From Octopus vulgaris (lineage: Eukaryota): 64,000 nucleotides of DNA. The notes under the pieces are model-generated. The model was not told where the DNA came from and searched no databases. It was given only the letters and a program-made list of their open reading frames with translations. The stretch spans positions 36,518,001 through 36,582,000 of the forward strand of contig OX597839.1 in assembly GCA_951406725.2 (NCBI GenBank), given 5' to 3'. The position numbers and the translations under genes were made by a program. Shown in pieces: positions 38,166-51,024 of this stretch; within the stretch, counting starts at the first letter, position 1; the number at the start of each line of letters is the position of its first letter.

Positions 38166-39089
38166 ATCTATTTAGTATTTAAATAATGTGTATAGTAAAT
38201 GACACACACACATACAGAGTATTGGCTGCAAATGGTGTAGAATATATATGCACACATATAAAGAAATAATACAGGCGCCAAAGAGGTGATTTCTGTATGG
38301 TTGCTCAACCTGCTAGAAAAAGCAGCCATATATCATATCACACCTTACTGTCTTTTTTTTTTTTAAAGAAAAAGTACACATCGTATAATGTGCTCCAAGG
38401 TACACTTTACCTAGCAAAATGAGTGAGGTAGGATGGTCATAGGTAGAATGCCTTTGAATCATAATTCTATTGAACCATAGTAGACTTGGGACTAAATAAC
38501 AATAACCCTTTCTCATTCTGGCAAAAGACCAGTAACTTTGATGGATGGAGAAGTTGATTACAATCAATCCTACTGCACAACTGGTAAGGATAAGTCAACC
38601 TTGGCAACATTTGAACTCAATGCAAAACCAGAAGAAAATACATTCTGTCCAGAGTGGTCATAATTCTACCAGCTTACTACCTTAACAACAACAACAACAA
38701 CAATAATAATACAGTAATCCTTCAACTATCAAGGGTGTTGTGTTCCAAAATCTCTCACAGAAATAATTAAAATCTAAAAAAATATAAATACCTATTGGCC
38801 GTAGAAACCCAGATATAGTGAGGAGTCTGCAGTGGCTGTGTGGTAAGTAGCTTGCTTACCAACCACATGGTTCCGGGTTCATTCCCACTGTGTGGCACCT
38901 TGGGCAAGTGTCTTCTATTATAGCCTCGGGCCGATCAAAGCCTTGTGAATGAATTTGGTAGACGGAAACCGAAAGAAGCCCGTTGTATATATATATACAT
39001 ATAAGGAAGCTACTTACCACACAGCCACTCCTGCGCCTATAAAATGTTTAATAAGAACACCCTGTAATTACTGGGCCACCAAAGCAATA

Positions 39090-39138
<49 letters not shown>

Positions 39139-40016
39139 GGCACGTAAAAAGCACCATCCGACCGTGGCCGTTTGCCAGCCCCTTCTGGCAGGTAAAAAGC
39201 ACCCACTACACTCATGGAGTGGTTGGCGTTAGGAAGGGCATCCAGCCATAGAAACATTGCCAGATCAGACTGGGCCTGGTGCAGCCTTCTGGCTTCCCAG
39301 ACCATGGAAATCAGACGCTAAATGATGATGATGATGTGTATATATATATATACATGCATATGTTTGGTCTTAAATAGTAATGAGAGAAAGACAAAGAAAT
39401 AGAAAGATAGAGTGAGAGAAAGAGGGGAACAAAGAGAAAACTAGATAAAGAGCAGAGCAAAGAGAGAAAGAAAGGGGTTAAATAAAGAAAACCAGAAGCC
39501 ATCAGTCACGGTTGGCTGAACACAGAACATTGATGAGTTGTCTGTCACATGACTAGAAATGTGTCATATTTGAATTTGAACTCTTTATTTCAAGGTTTCC
39601 TTTTGTTTTGTGTTTTTTTCTTTGCACACTCCATGTCACCACCACCACTGATGTCCAATACACACACAAAGTCTTTTGTGCTTTGTGTCCCTGTAATCTC
39701 TCCTCAACACCCCTCCCCCACTATCTACTACCCTTGTGGCTAATAAACCATAGACAACACCATTTATGTAGCCAAATGTTTTTATATTAGTGTTCAGTCA
39801 CATGGTCTCCCACATTAACAACCCTCAAACTCACCAAGCCCCCCCCCCCCCCGGCTATCTTTTAGAATAATTGACATCAACAAAAACAATAACAACTAAT
39901 AATTATTTTAACTCTAGGCACAAGGCCTTGAAAATTTTTTTTTTTTTGGGGGGTAGGTGATTAATTAACAGTGCGTAACTGGGGGGGGGTAGGGAACAAA
40001 AGGTGAGAAACAATTC

Positions 40017-40718
40017 TTAACCTTTTCATTAACCCAGCTGAAAACCATCTCTGGCTCTCTAGTAAATGTCATCGACCCCACCAGCTGAATGATAGCTAAA
40101 TTATTTTACTAAATTCTTTGTTATATTTAAAATTAATTGAAAGAAACACAGAGCATCTCAACAGAAATAGGGTAACAAAAGGGTTAAAATATATAATAGA
40201 GAAACAATTCTTAACCTTTTCATTACCAACCCGGCTGAAACTGCCTCTGGCTCTGTAGTACAAATGTCTTGTTTCCATAAGTTTTGAATTAAAATCTTCC
40301 ACCAAACCTTAGTCACAAGTTATGTTCCTAACACTAGATTAATGATAACTGAGTTATTTTACTAAATTCTTTGTTATCATCATCATCATCGTTTAACGTC
40401 TGTTTTCCATGCTAGCATCGGTTGGATGGTTCAACTGGGGTCTGGGAAGCCAGGGGACTGCGCCAGGCCCAGTCTGATCTGGCAGTGTTTCTACAGCTGG
40501 ATGCCCTTCCTAACGCCAACCACTTCATGAGTGTAGTGGGTGCTTTTTACGTGCCACCTGCAGTGGTGCCAGACGACGCTGGCAAACGGCCACGAACGGA
40601 TGGTGCTTTCACGTGCCACCGGCAGGAGGGCCAGGCGAGGCTGGCAACAGACACGAACCGATGGTGCTTTTTACGTGCCATTTAAAATTAATTGAAAGAA
40701 ACACAGAGCATCTGAAAA
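40017..40718. mobile_element. MITE-A dimer with 23-bp spacer; second unit split by element C (40378-40680)
   Basis: TTAA at 40017, 40184, 40211; MITE sequence ttgttat|atttaaa resumes after the insertion. Confidence 0.85.
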
Positions 40719-41871
40719 GTCCTCACTCTTGCTCTACATGGATTTACTTGATTGATAAGAAATAACAGTTAAAAATCCCTCAAATTATATCCTACAACCT
40801 TGTCTGAATCTAGGATTATTTTTCCCCCTTATTTTTGTCTTCTCATGTCTCCCTGTTACACCTCCATCACATCTCCTTCACGTTTTGCTACCAAACCAAT
40901 AGCCAGATACTCAAAGACACAGCTGTTCTGTAATCCAATCCTTCTTCCCCACAACTTTCCCCCCCTCCCTCTGGACACAAGCCACAACCTATCACCATCA
41001 CTACCGTTTCATCTTCTGGAACAACACTAATAGCAACAATTAGTGGTGATCATGGGGGAAGGTGATAGTTGGCGGTGGGTGGGTGAGGATACAGGGGTGG
41101 GGGGTTTAAACTGGAAGAGATTGATTAATTTTAATGCGAAATTAAGATTTAAACTGCAATTTATGAGAAGACAAAAATAAGGGTGTAACAGGTGTGGTAG
41201 GCAGGTGTGACTATTTCTAGATGAATCTTCCCTCCACCACACATAAGTCCCCTATTAAATCTGACGTCTCCTCTCCACATCCTCAAGCACCCCCCCTCTC
41301 AATCTAACATATCTCTTCCTACCACCACAGAGCAGTCCCTACCCCCACATCTAAATAAGGATTGATATTCAGATTAGTGAAACAGAAAAACAGATTTAAG
41401 AGAGGATTAGCGAGAGACTGGAATAGTGGGATAATGTCAAAGGTCATAGTTTATCCAGGTTTAATCTCTAGCAATAAAGTAATCTGGCTAAGATACACAC
41501 AGACACACACACACACAAATACACATTGTTTCTGTCGTTAGACTGTGGCCATACTGGAGCACCACCTTGAAAGGTTTAGTTCACCTCAATTGGTCCTGCT
41601 CTCTTCAACATCATGCCAGACACATATAAAGGAGGAAAGTGACTTCACGGCATTCAAATGATCCCGACATGATTATCCCCAACAAATACTAGATAAACCA
41701 CCCACATCCAGATATGTCTCTGAAAACAATAACCCTCTGCTTGAATGGGCTACGGTTCCCCAGATTTGACTGTGTATCTCTTCCAGGTGGTGCTATTAAA
41801 TTAGATGCATTTCCAATGATTCCTGTTTTTAAAGGTTTTTTTTAAAAAAATCCTATGGCTGCGTTATTTTT

Positions 41872-42255
41872 TTTAACCCCGCCAAGGAGGTTATATTTTG
41901 GTTTGGGAAATTGAGCGATTTTCTAGAAACATCTAGAATAGGATTGCATCATTTCCTAAAATAGAGATTTCAATATATAATGATTTGCCTAACGTGTGTG
42001 TGTGTTTCAATCTTTGAACTGCAGCCGTGGTGGGACACCACCTTGAAAAGTTGAGCAAATTGACCTCACTACTTATTTTTAACATTATTTACATTTGACG
42101 GATATTTGTCCTCAACTTGTTTATTGTTAACACAACGTTTCAGCTAAGGTTATGTTTTATTGGTTTGGGAAATTGAGCGATTTTCTGCATGCGTGTATAT
42201 GGGTGGAAATGAGCTGCTTGGCGGAGGTCTGTGCTCTCTGAGTGCTTTTCTAGTT
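41872..42255 (+). mobile_element. Helentron/HINE-type non-autonomous element with an internal templated insertion
   Basis: Subterminal inverted repeat ccgccaag / cttggcgg, 3' mini-hairpin gtgctctctgagtgc, terminus ctagtt. Confidence 0.7.
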
Positions 42256-42520
42256 ATTATTATTATTCAGGCCACTGCCTGGAATTGAACTCAGAATCTT
42301 GGGGTTAGTAGCCCACGCTCTTAACCACTACACCATATGGCCTGAATAATAATAATAATAATAACAATAATAATAATAACATCAAAAAATAACTTAGGAA
42401 TGAGAACCTAGGTTTGAAATTTCCCCAAGACACCTGATGAAGGCTGGAGGGTATATCAGCCGAAACGTTGTGTTAACAACAAACAAGTTATGGACAAATA
42501 TCCGTCAAATGTAAATAATG
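42256..42520 (+). mobile_element. tRNA-headed element with (AAT)n linker and hammerhead tail; head inverted
   Basis: Minus 42268-42338: tggtgtagtggttaagagc...gagttcaattccaggc; flanked by inverted ggcctgaataataat; ribozyme at 42429-42474. Confidence 0.7.
42429..42474 (+). ncRNA. Minimal type I hammerhead ribozyme (Penelope-type)
   Basis: gacac CTGATGA a ggctg-gagggtatat-cagcc GAAA C GTT gtgtt: stem I 5 bp, stem II 5 bp, loopless palindromic stem III (AACGTT). Confidence 0.8.
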
Positions 42521-43460
42521 TTAAAAATAAGTAGTGAGGTCAATTTGCTCAACCCTTCAAGGTGGTGTCCCACCATGGCTGCAGTTCAAAGATTGAAACA
42601 CACACACACATTAGACAAATCATTATGTATTGAAATCTCTATTTTAGGAAATGATGCAATTCTAATCTAGATAGATGTTCCTAGAAGAAGCCCGTTAATG
42701 ATAGCACTAATGAGAGTGATAACGATGGTGACGATAATGACAGCAATGACGATGGTAGTAATGATAATGATGATGATGATAGTGTGGTATTAGATAATAG
42801 CCTACCCACCACATGAGGGGGAGTAGTAAACAACCCGGCTTTCCTCTCCTGTCACCGCCACCATGACTCCACCCCGCCCAGGACGTAAATGTTCTTCTTC
42901 CGCATGATATTTCAATTTTGATATTTAAAAAGAAAATATTTAAAATAGAAAGTTAAATAAATGATAAAAATGATTTTTGAAAAAAAAAAAAACAATTTTA
43001 TTCTTCAAAAGACTAAAATGACCATTAATTAGAAATGACTTCTTGGAAACAGTTTACTGATATTTTCTGACATTTCTCAAAAAAGTTCTATGACATCATC
43101 GGCATCGTTCTTTACCAAATTCACTGACGACTTTTTTTCCTTGACTTAGAATTTACCAGAAAAACAATAAAATTAAACCAAAACTTGATATTTTGTGCAA
43201 TCCCCACCTGTTTCTGAATTTTTTTTTTTATATAAAACTTGAGGGTGTACACATACACAAACACACATATGCATACACATGATACAAAATTTAAACCATT
43301 TTGTAGCCTTTATTTCTGTTGAAAAACAATGACTTTGTTTCAATTAATTTTGAAAGTAATGAAAAATTTAGTAAATTGGTGTCTGGAACATAAATCAACA
43401 TAGGAGAGTATTGTAGTTTGCTTGAAGCATTGTGCATTGTTTGTAAAGAATAAAAAGTTT

Positions 43461-43482
43461 TGAAAGAAGCCCGTCGTATATA

Positions 43483-43525
<43 letters not shown>

Positions 43526-43993
43526 CATCATCATCATCATCATCATCATCGTTTAACGTCCGTTCTCCATGCTAGCATGGGTTGGATGGTTCAACTGGGG
43601 TCTGGGAAGCCAGAAGGCTGCACCAGGCTCCGGTCTTATCTGGCAATGTTTCTACAGCTGGATGCCCTTCCTAACGCCAACCACTCCGTGAGTGTAGTGG
43701 GTGCATTTTACGTGCCACCTGCACAGGTGCCAGGCGAGGCTGGCATATATATATATATATATATATATATGTGCGTGTATGTTTGTGTGTCTGTGTTTGT
43801 CCCCCTAGCATTGCTTGACAACCGATGCTGCTGTGTTTATGTCCCCGTCACTTAGCGGTTCGGCAAAAGAGACCGATAGAATAAGTACTGGGCTTACAAA
43901 AGAATAAGTCCCGGAGTCAAGTTGCTCGATTAAAGGCGGTGCTCCAGCATGGCCGCAGTCAAATGACTGAAACAAGTAAAGGAGTAAAAGAGA
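43461..43993 (+). mobile_element. Head-truncated SINE-B with element C (43524-43745) in its (TA)n
   Basis: tgaaagaagcccgtcg-(TA)n-[C]-(TA)n-gtttgtgtgtctg. Confidence 0.9.
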
Positions 43994-44058
43994 GTACAAC
44001 AATGCACTATAACACAGGCAATGGGCTGTGTATACCTGTTGTAATTTAGTCATCAATG

Positions 44059-44166
44059 GTCTGATATGATATTGCGGAATAATATTCCTTCTTCAGATAT
44101 TCTTAGATGGAGTTGCTGCTATAATCGGTCGAAGAAGGAATATTATTCCGAAATATCATATCAGAC
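44059..44166. repeat. Hairpin, 36-bp arms, 36-nt loop
   Basis: gtctgatatgatattgcggaataatattccttcttc / gaagaaggaatattattccgaaatatcatatcagac, one mismatch. Confidence 0.92.
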
Positions 44167-44231
44167 GATGAAGAGAGACAAAGAAGGGGGATGCAGAAAC
44201 ATTTAGATAAGGATGGATAGACAAACGCATA

Positions 44232-44665
44232 AGCACAGACAGACAGACAGACAGGCACACATATAAACAGACAGACAGACATATAGACAGACAGACAGAC
44301 AGACAGACATATAGACAGACAGACAGACAGACAGGCAAGCACACATATAAACAGACAGACAGACATATAGACAGACAGACAGACATATAAACAGACAGAC
44401 AGACATAGACAGACAGACAGACAGACAGGCAGGCACACATATAAACAGACAGACAGACATACAGACAGACAGGCAGGCACACATATAAATAGACAGACAG
44501 ACAGACATACATACAGACAGACAGATAGACAGACAGACAGACATACATACAGACAAGCACACATATAAACAGACAGACAGGCATATAGACAGACAGACAT
44601 ACAGACAGGCACACATATAAACAGACAGACAGACAGACATATAGATAGACAGAGTGACATAGATA
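44232..44665. repeat. (GACA)n with a higher-order ggcacacatataaac unit
   Basis: Directly visible. Confidence 0.95.
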
Positions 44666-45237
44666 GAGAGAAAGGTTGGAGAGATAACAATTTTTATCTG
44701 TTGTCTAAGTTAACTTAATTGTTAAAGAATCCATTTCCATAGTGAAAGAGGGAATTTCCAGAAATATTTGTTGTCATCAAATGGTATTTTCATTTCCTAG
44801 AATTTTCTCACTAACAGGAAAACCGAATATTTACACCTACCCCCACCTCCGACACTCCACTGTAATACAATTCCGCTTTCCACCAAGACTTACACACACA
44901 CACACGTACCCCATACCACCACAACACCACCCACAGAATTACATCACACACATTTATCTCCACCACAACACAATGTTTACAGCACAAACACATTTACCAG
45001 AACCACACACACAACACAAACATGCATATTGACACCACACACACACACACACACACACATTTATCACCACCACAACAACAATACACAGACACACACACAC
45101 AAAATGATTTTCATAATGTCACACGAGACAATTAGACATCAGTGCTTGCTTTTTGGTTTTTACCATTTTATATGAAGAAAGAGTGACAAGTGCGCATCTG
45201 TTTGTCACATACACACACATACATGTACATAGATGAT

Positions 45238-45281
<44 letters not shown>

Positions 45282-45286
<5 letters not shown>

Positions 45287-45690
45287 TAATCCAAACAAGA
45301 AAGCACAAAAAAACACAACGCAAGGACGTGGAACAAATATAGTATTATTGGACACCCAGGAAAGAAGGAGGGTTTAATGTTTCGACCGGAGCTCTTCGTT
45401 GGAAACATAGGATAAGGAAAGATCCAGAGAAGGGAAGACAGAGGAAAAAAATCACCAACGGTACACACGCAGTCACTATATATATAGGAGAGTTTACGAA
45501 AAAAACAAAAGACGAAGACAGGTGGTGTAGAAAACAAACAGATGTATTAGTATAACGCTCAGGAATAGAAAAAGTCTTTTACGTTTCGAGCCTACACTCT
45601 TCCACAGAAAGGGACACAGAAAAAAACAAGGAGAGAAACAAGGAGAGAAGAAAAAAATGTGTGTAGTGGCTACCGATCTATTATGGCGAT
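45282..45690 (-). mobile_element. Two adjacent ~200-bp Penelope pLTR-like fragments in (TA)n, each with a hammerhead-like fold
   Basis: 45372-45406: gttt CCAACGA a gagc-tcc-ggtc GAAA c att aaac. 45576-45611: cttt CTGTGGA a gagt-gtag-gctc GAAA c GTA aaag. Confidence 0.6.
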
Positions 45691-45719
45691 ATATATATAT
45701 ATATATAGATTATTTATGA

Positions 45720-46088
45720 GTTCCTCTCATGCATTGAGCCTCACAGATGCAACAACTAAGAAGACCTTTGGCATTCTGTCATGCCCAGGAAGAAGATCCA
45801 TCAAGCTGAGCAAAATTGCAGTCATGGTAGATACCAGTGTTATGCAAATTGGCACCTGTACCAGTGGTATGTAAACACACCTTGGTGTCATACAAATGGC
45901 ACCCGTGCTGGTGACATGTAAAAGCACCCATTACTCTCTCAGAGTGGTTGGTATTAGGAAGGGCATCCAGCCTTAGAAAACCATGCTGAATCAGACTGAA
46001 GTCTGGTGCAGCCTTCCAGTGTGCCAGCCCAGTCAAACCATCCAACCCATGCCAGCAAGGACAATGGACATTAAATGATGATGGTGAT
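45720..46088 (+). mobile_element. Long element C copy with extra 5' sequence
   Basis: 5' part gaagaagatccat...ggcac shared with 54690-54953; (GAT)n tail. Confidence 0.75.
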
Positions 46089-46204
46089 ACAGATTATTTA
46101 CACACACACACACATGTTACTTGTAGATAAATAGATTAACTGCGTCTTCAACCTTCAAAGAGGGGGTTCTGAGTCATTTAGTGTAAAGTATTTGGTCAAT
46201 AACA

Positions 46205-46383
46205 GTACAACAGCTGGACATGTTACTTAGTACACCAACATGTCCAGCTGTTGGACTATACACCATGTCCATCTGTTGTTCTGTCCAACCAGCCAACTGT
46301 CATCCTGTACACCAGCATATCCATCTGTCTCGTCTGTGTCCTGTACACTAACATATCCATCTGTTACCCTATACACCAACATG

Positions 46384-46385
<2 letters not shown>
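46205..46385. repeat. Degenerate short tandem repeat (tacaccaacatgtccatctgt) with first unit inverted
   Basis: aacagctggacatgtt...aacatgtccagctgtt followed by direct copies. Confidence 0.75.
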
Positions 46386-46420
<35 letters not shown>

Positions 46421-46796
46421 CTAGCAGTATCGCCCGGTGATGCTCGGGTTTGTTTCGACCCTTTAGAATTGGAATTTTTGAAAAGTAAAAATTTTCCATT
46501 ATGTAGTTTGTTATTCTCTTTAAGTGAACATTTTTCTGGTTGAAATACACCGAAATATGGCGACACAGCAGTAAAAAAATCGTTAAAAAATATGGATTTT
46601 CATAGAAAAAAAGCACCTTTTTGATGTAAATAATTTTTGGTGTTAACATGGTCCGATTTTAATTTTTTCTTCTACAGAAGGAAGAGCAAGCCTTCTTCTA
46701 TCATACTCTCAATTTTAGTCAACTTGCGCCACAGGGTCTCGGAGGAGATAGTGTTAGTTGAAGGTTACCAAACCTGCCATACACAGACAACTTCAG

Positions 46797-46800
<4 letters not shown>
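46421..46800 (-). mobile_element. Non-autonomous Helitron
   Basis: Minus 3' end cccgagcatcaccgggcgatactgCTAG|t (hairpin plus CTAG), between (TA)n tracts. Confidence 0.7.
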
Positions 46801-46830
<30 letters not shown>

Positions 46831-47855
46831 TGTTCTTACCACATTACTGTTGAGATGCAGTCATCGATGTAGTTGATGTTGAAATTATGAAAAATTTTAG
46901 TAAAATAACTCATAATTAAGCTGGTGTTTGGAACATAAATATGAAATTTAGATGGAAGGTTTTAATTTATATCACTGTAGATCAGAAAGTCTGTATCATG
47001 AAACCAGGGGTGGTATCAGGGGTGGTCTCAATTGAGTTTGCTATTAAAAGAATTACTACTTCAAATGTTCTTTTGTCAATATTTGAAGTGACTTTGGACA
47101 TTAACTGTGTTTATAGCTTACTGTGATTAACTCACAGAGTTGATAAGCCAGTGGATGTCAAATGTTTTATCGGGTTCCAGGCAACTAACCATTCAAATAA
47201 TAATAATAATAATAATCCTTATTTTTGCACAAGGCCAGCAATCATAATAATCTTATTGCGTAGTGCTCAGTAGCAGCATTATAACTCATTAGAAAAAAGG
47301 GAAACATATGGCAGAAAGCAGTACTAAATGCAGTAAAGAAAGTCAGCAATAAAAGCCGAAAGCACATGTAAAGTACACAGGATAAAACACAAGCAATGAA
47401 AAGCTGAACAAAGTGACATGAAGATGAAAGGGTGCAGAGGTACCCTTTCGGGAGCAGCGCTGGTGAATTTCGAAAAGCATGGCAGAATCATTAGCATACC
47501 AGACAAAATGCTTACAAGCATTTCTTCCGACTATGTTCTGGGTTCAAATTGCACTGAGGTCAACTTTGTCTTTCGACCTTTCTGGGGTCAATAAAATAAG
47601 TATCAACTGAGCACTGGGTCTGATGTGATCAACAAGCAACCCGTCCCTAATTTCAGGCCTTGAAGTACATGATGCATAATATACAGAAATAGAGAAAGAG
47701 TTGTAAAAAGAAAAAGGTGCATGTATATTTTAGGAGGGGTGTTGGCAAATTTAAAGAAACAGGGTATCTTTGAAGGATGCAGTGTCCTGACAGCTAACAA
47801 CTGACACGGGTAGTTTATTCCATGCTTCAGTAATTCTGAACACAAAAAGGTAAAC

Positions 47856-48252
47856 AGTTAAGTTAATTTTTTGGCTCAAAAAGCAAAAAGCAAGGCCATG
47901 TAGGGGGACATGGAGCTATGTACAGGGAGGGTGTTCATGCAAAGAGTTCAGGCCATTTCTGGTTCTTTTTTTTTTTTAAACGAGCGGTCGCCGGCATCTT
48001 CACTATCTTGTCCAGCAGCTTATTCCACGGATCTGCAACCCGGACAGAGAAAGCCCCTCTCCTTCGATTGAGATGAAATCGTTGCAGATAGAGCTTTTCG
48101 GAGTGACCCCGCAGCCAATGCTCTGCAGCAGGAATGAAGAACAGCTCTTTTGAGAGGTTACACTTTCCGCTTATGATGTTGTGAGCGAGAATGAGATCAC
48201 CACAGCGGCGTCGTTTTTCTAGAGAATAAAGGTCGAGCGTCTTCAGCCTTTC
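47856..48252 (-). mobile_element. 5'-truncated CR1-clade LINE (ORF2 C-terminus and 3' UTR)
   Basis: Open frame ERLKTLDLYSLEKRRRCGDLILAHNII...LRGHSEKL...FSVRVADPWNKL, typical CR1 ORF2 end. Confidence 0.9.
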
Positions 48253-48874
48253 TGTAGCTCTTAAGCAGATGAGACCAATGGTTAATGGGCTGAGCTGGAT
48301 TTGAAAGTAGAAGCTTCAATTGCTCATTTGACCAACACTAATCCATAGGTTTGTTGAGCCAGACCTGACTAAAAATAGGAGGAGGAGGAGTGGGTACTGC
48401 TGCTAACTAACATGAACAAAACAGCATGTAAATGTACAAGTTTACAAACCTATACAACCCATGCTAAGATGGATACATAATGAGAAGAAACGAGAGCATC
48501 GTTTAGTAGACAGACAGGCAGGCATTGATGGTGATTGCACAATATAATGTATATTAATTGTGATCATATTGAATGGAGAGAGATGATGAACATTTAGGAT
48601 CTGATGAGAGATTAAACCAGATTAAACCAGATTTTATGGATATAGGTCAGTTATTGATTACTTCAGTCAGATTCATAGTAGTTGCCTTTGTGGTGTGGGT
48701 GAGTGGCCTTGTGGTGGGGGTGAATGGTGGTTCATTCCCAGGAAATGGTTGCTGCAATTTAGTTTCATTCATGATGAAATTGCTCTTGAATTTAAAAGGC
48801 ATGAATGCCACAACTTCCAAATATGGAAATATATGTTTCACATTTGATATACTTGCACTACCTAGGAAGTGTAC

Positions 48875-49390
48875 TTGCGTGTGCATATGTATGTGTGTGC
48901 ATATGTGCATGCGTGTATGTGTGTGTATGTGTGTGTGCATGTGAGTATGTGCGAGTGTATGTGTGCGTGTGAAAGGGTTGCATGCATAGTTTATGTGTGT
49001 GCACGTATGATTGCATGTGCACATGCATGCATGTGCACATGCATGCATGTGGTTGCACAGTGTGTGTGCGTGCGTGTGTGATTGCATGCGTACAACTATG
49101 TGTGATTACATGTATTGTATGTGCATGTGTGCGTGTGTATGTGAATGCATGCATGTGCATGTGCGTATGCGTGTACATGGTTGCATGCATAGTTTGTGTG
49201 TGTGCATGTGGTTGTACATGTGTGTAGCTCTATATGTGTAATTGCATGTGTGTGTGTATGTGATTGCATGCATACAACTGCGTGTGATTACATGTGTGTG
49301 TCTGCACATGTGCATTTGATTGCATGCAACAGCAATTGCATGTATGATTGCATGTGTTGTGCATGAGTTAGCATGTGTGGCTGTGTGCAC
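48875..49390. repeat. (TG)/(TGCA) compound microsatellite
   Basis: Directly visible, with internal duplications. Confidence 0.9.
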
Positions 49391-50104
49391 CTCGGTATGA
49401 TTGGGCGATTCCTCCTTTACATTAGCTTTGCATGTCTATATCAGTTTTTTCTTTTTTTTATGTGGGAACAGTCTCCCTTTTACAGCTGGTTGCCTTTCTA
49501 GCAGACCAGCCAGCCAGCCAGCCAACCACAACCAAAGTTACCATGGTTACAAGGGTGTAGAACTACAGGAGGTGGGGGGGGGTCATTATGTCATGGTTCA
49601 ATCTGCTAGAAACAGCAGCTAAATTTCCCTCAAATCACAGCCGACTTAAATATCAGAAACAGCAAACAGTATATCAGATAATGTAATCGTGGGGCCAATT
49701 CCTTAACTGGGTGGTGTGGGTGTGCCGTACCCTTAAAGGACAAGGCACTTCATTTCACATTGGTCCAGTCTGCTCAGCCGTAAATGAGTACCAGCTGAGT
49801 GCTGATGCAGCACCCACCCTCTCTCTCTGCTTTCAGCTGCCATATCCTGAATGTACCACAAGGTCAGGGGCAAATGGGGTGAGAGGGTGTCTATGTCACC
49901 TTATGACAACCTAAGCACCTTAAACAATGAAAGTGGGGTACAAACTGCTAAACCATATTCACTTTTGAGTGACAGCTAAGTCGGATATTTATTTGAATAT
50001 ACAGCATATATAGAGTTTATTTATACAGATGTACAATATGTATACACCAGTTGTAGGTTTTTATAAATAAACAGTATAGGTATACTGGTATTAATATATG
50101 TTCT

Positions 50105-50293
50105 ATACATATATATGTGTGTGTGTGTATGTGTATATATATATATATATATATATAAAATTACAGTTTTATTATATAAATATACAGTATATATATATAT
50201 ATATAATTACAGTTTTATTATATAAATATACAGTTTTATTATATAAATATATATATATATATATATAAAATTACAGTTTTATATAAATATACA

Positions 50294-50329
<36 letters not shown>

Positions 50330-50420
50330 TAGTATATTTATATAAATGTACTATATGTATATATACATTACAATATACAGTATATATACACTAGTTGTAT
50401 ATTTATATAAATATACTGTC
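50105..50420. repeat. AT-rich tandem unit ataaaattacagttttattatataaatatacag interleaved with (TA)n
   Basis: 3-4 copies at 50155-50295. Confidence 0.85.
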
Positions 50421-50947
50421 CAACCCATGCCAACATTTAAAACGGATGTTAAATGATGTTGATGTACAACAGATACACTATACACACTGATCATTGTATG
50501 GCAATATAAAAAATTGTGTGTGAGTGTGTGTGTGCACACATTACATATATGCACACACACAAACTCCAGTACAATTTTTATTGTTGAAACACTGTTGCAC
50601 ACAAACACACAAACACACACACAGAGTTTCACAAGACAATCTCGACTGCTGAAATATTGTGTGGAAAACTTAAAGTTAGAATTACATTGTTATTAATGAC
50701 ATTTATCAAAAGAAGGCTAATTTTGCACTGACACATACACACGTGCACACATAGATACATACACACAGAGTGTAGAACAGTGTGTGTGTGTGTGGCTATG
50801 AACTCTGTAGAGACATATTAGAAAGAGGGAGTATATTAATACTAAAACCACAGCAAAGAGGAAGAATTTTCATGAGAGAGAGAGAAGGGGTGTTACTGTG
50901 TTGGTTCCTGTAATTAGATTTTGTTGCGAGATATTAGTACAACCAAA

Positions 50948-51024
<77 letters not shown>

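Noticed and set aside
37341-38567. Two near-identical ORFs resembling a paralog pair
   Set aside because: They result from the 206-bp inverted duplication; no ATG start or recognisable domain.
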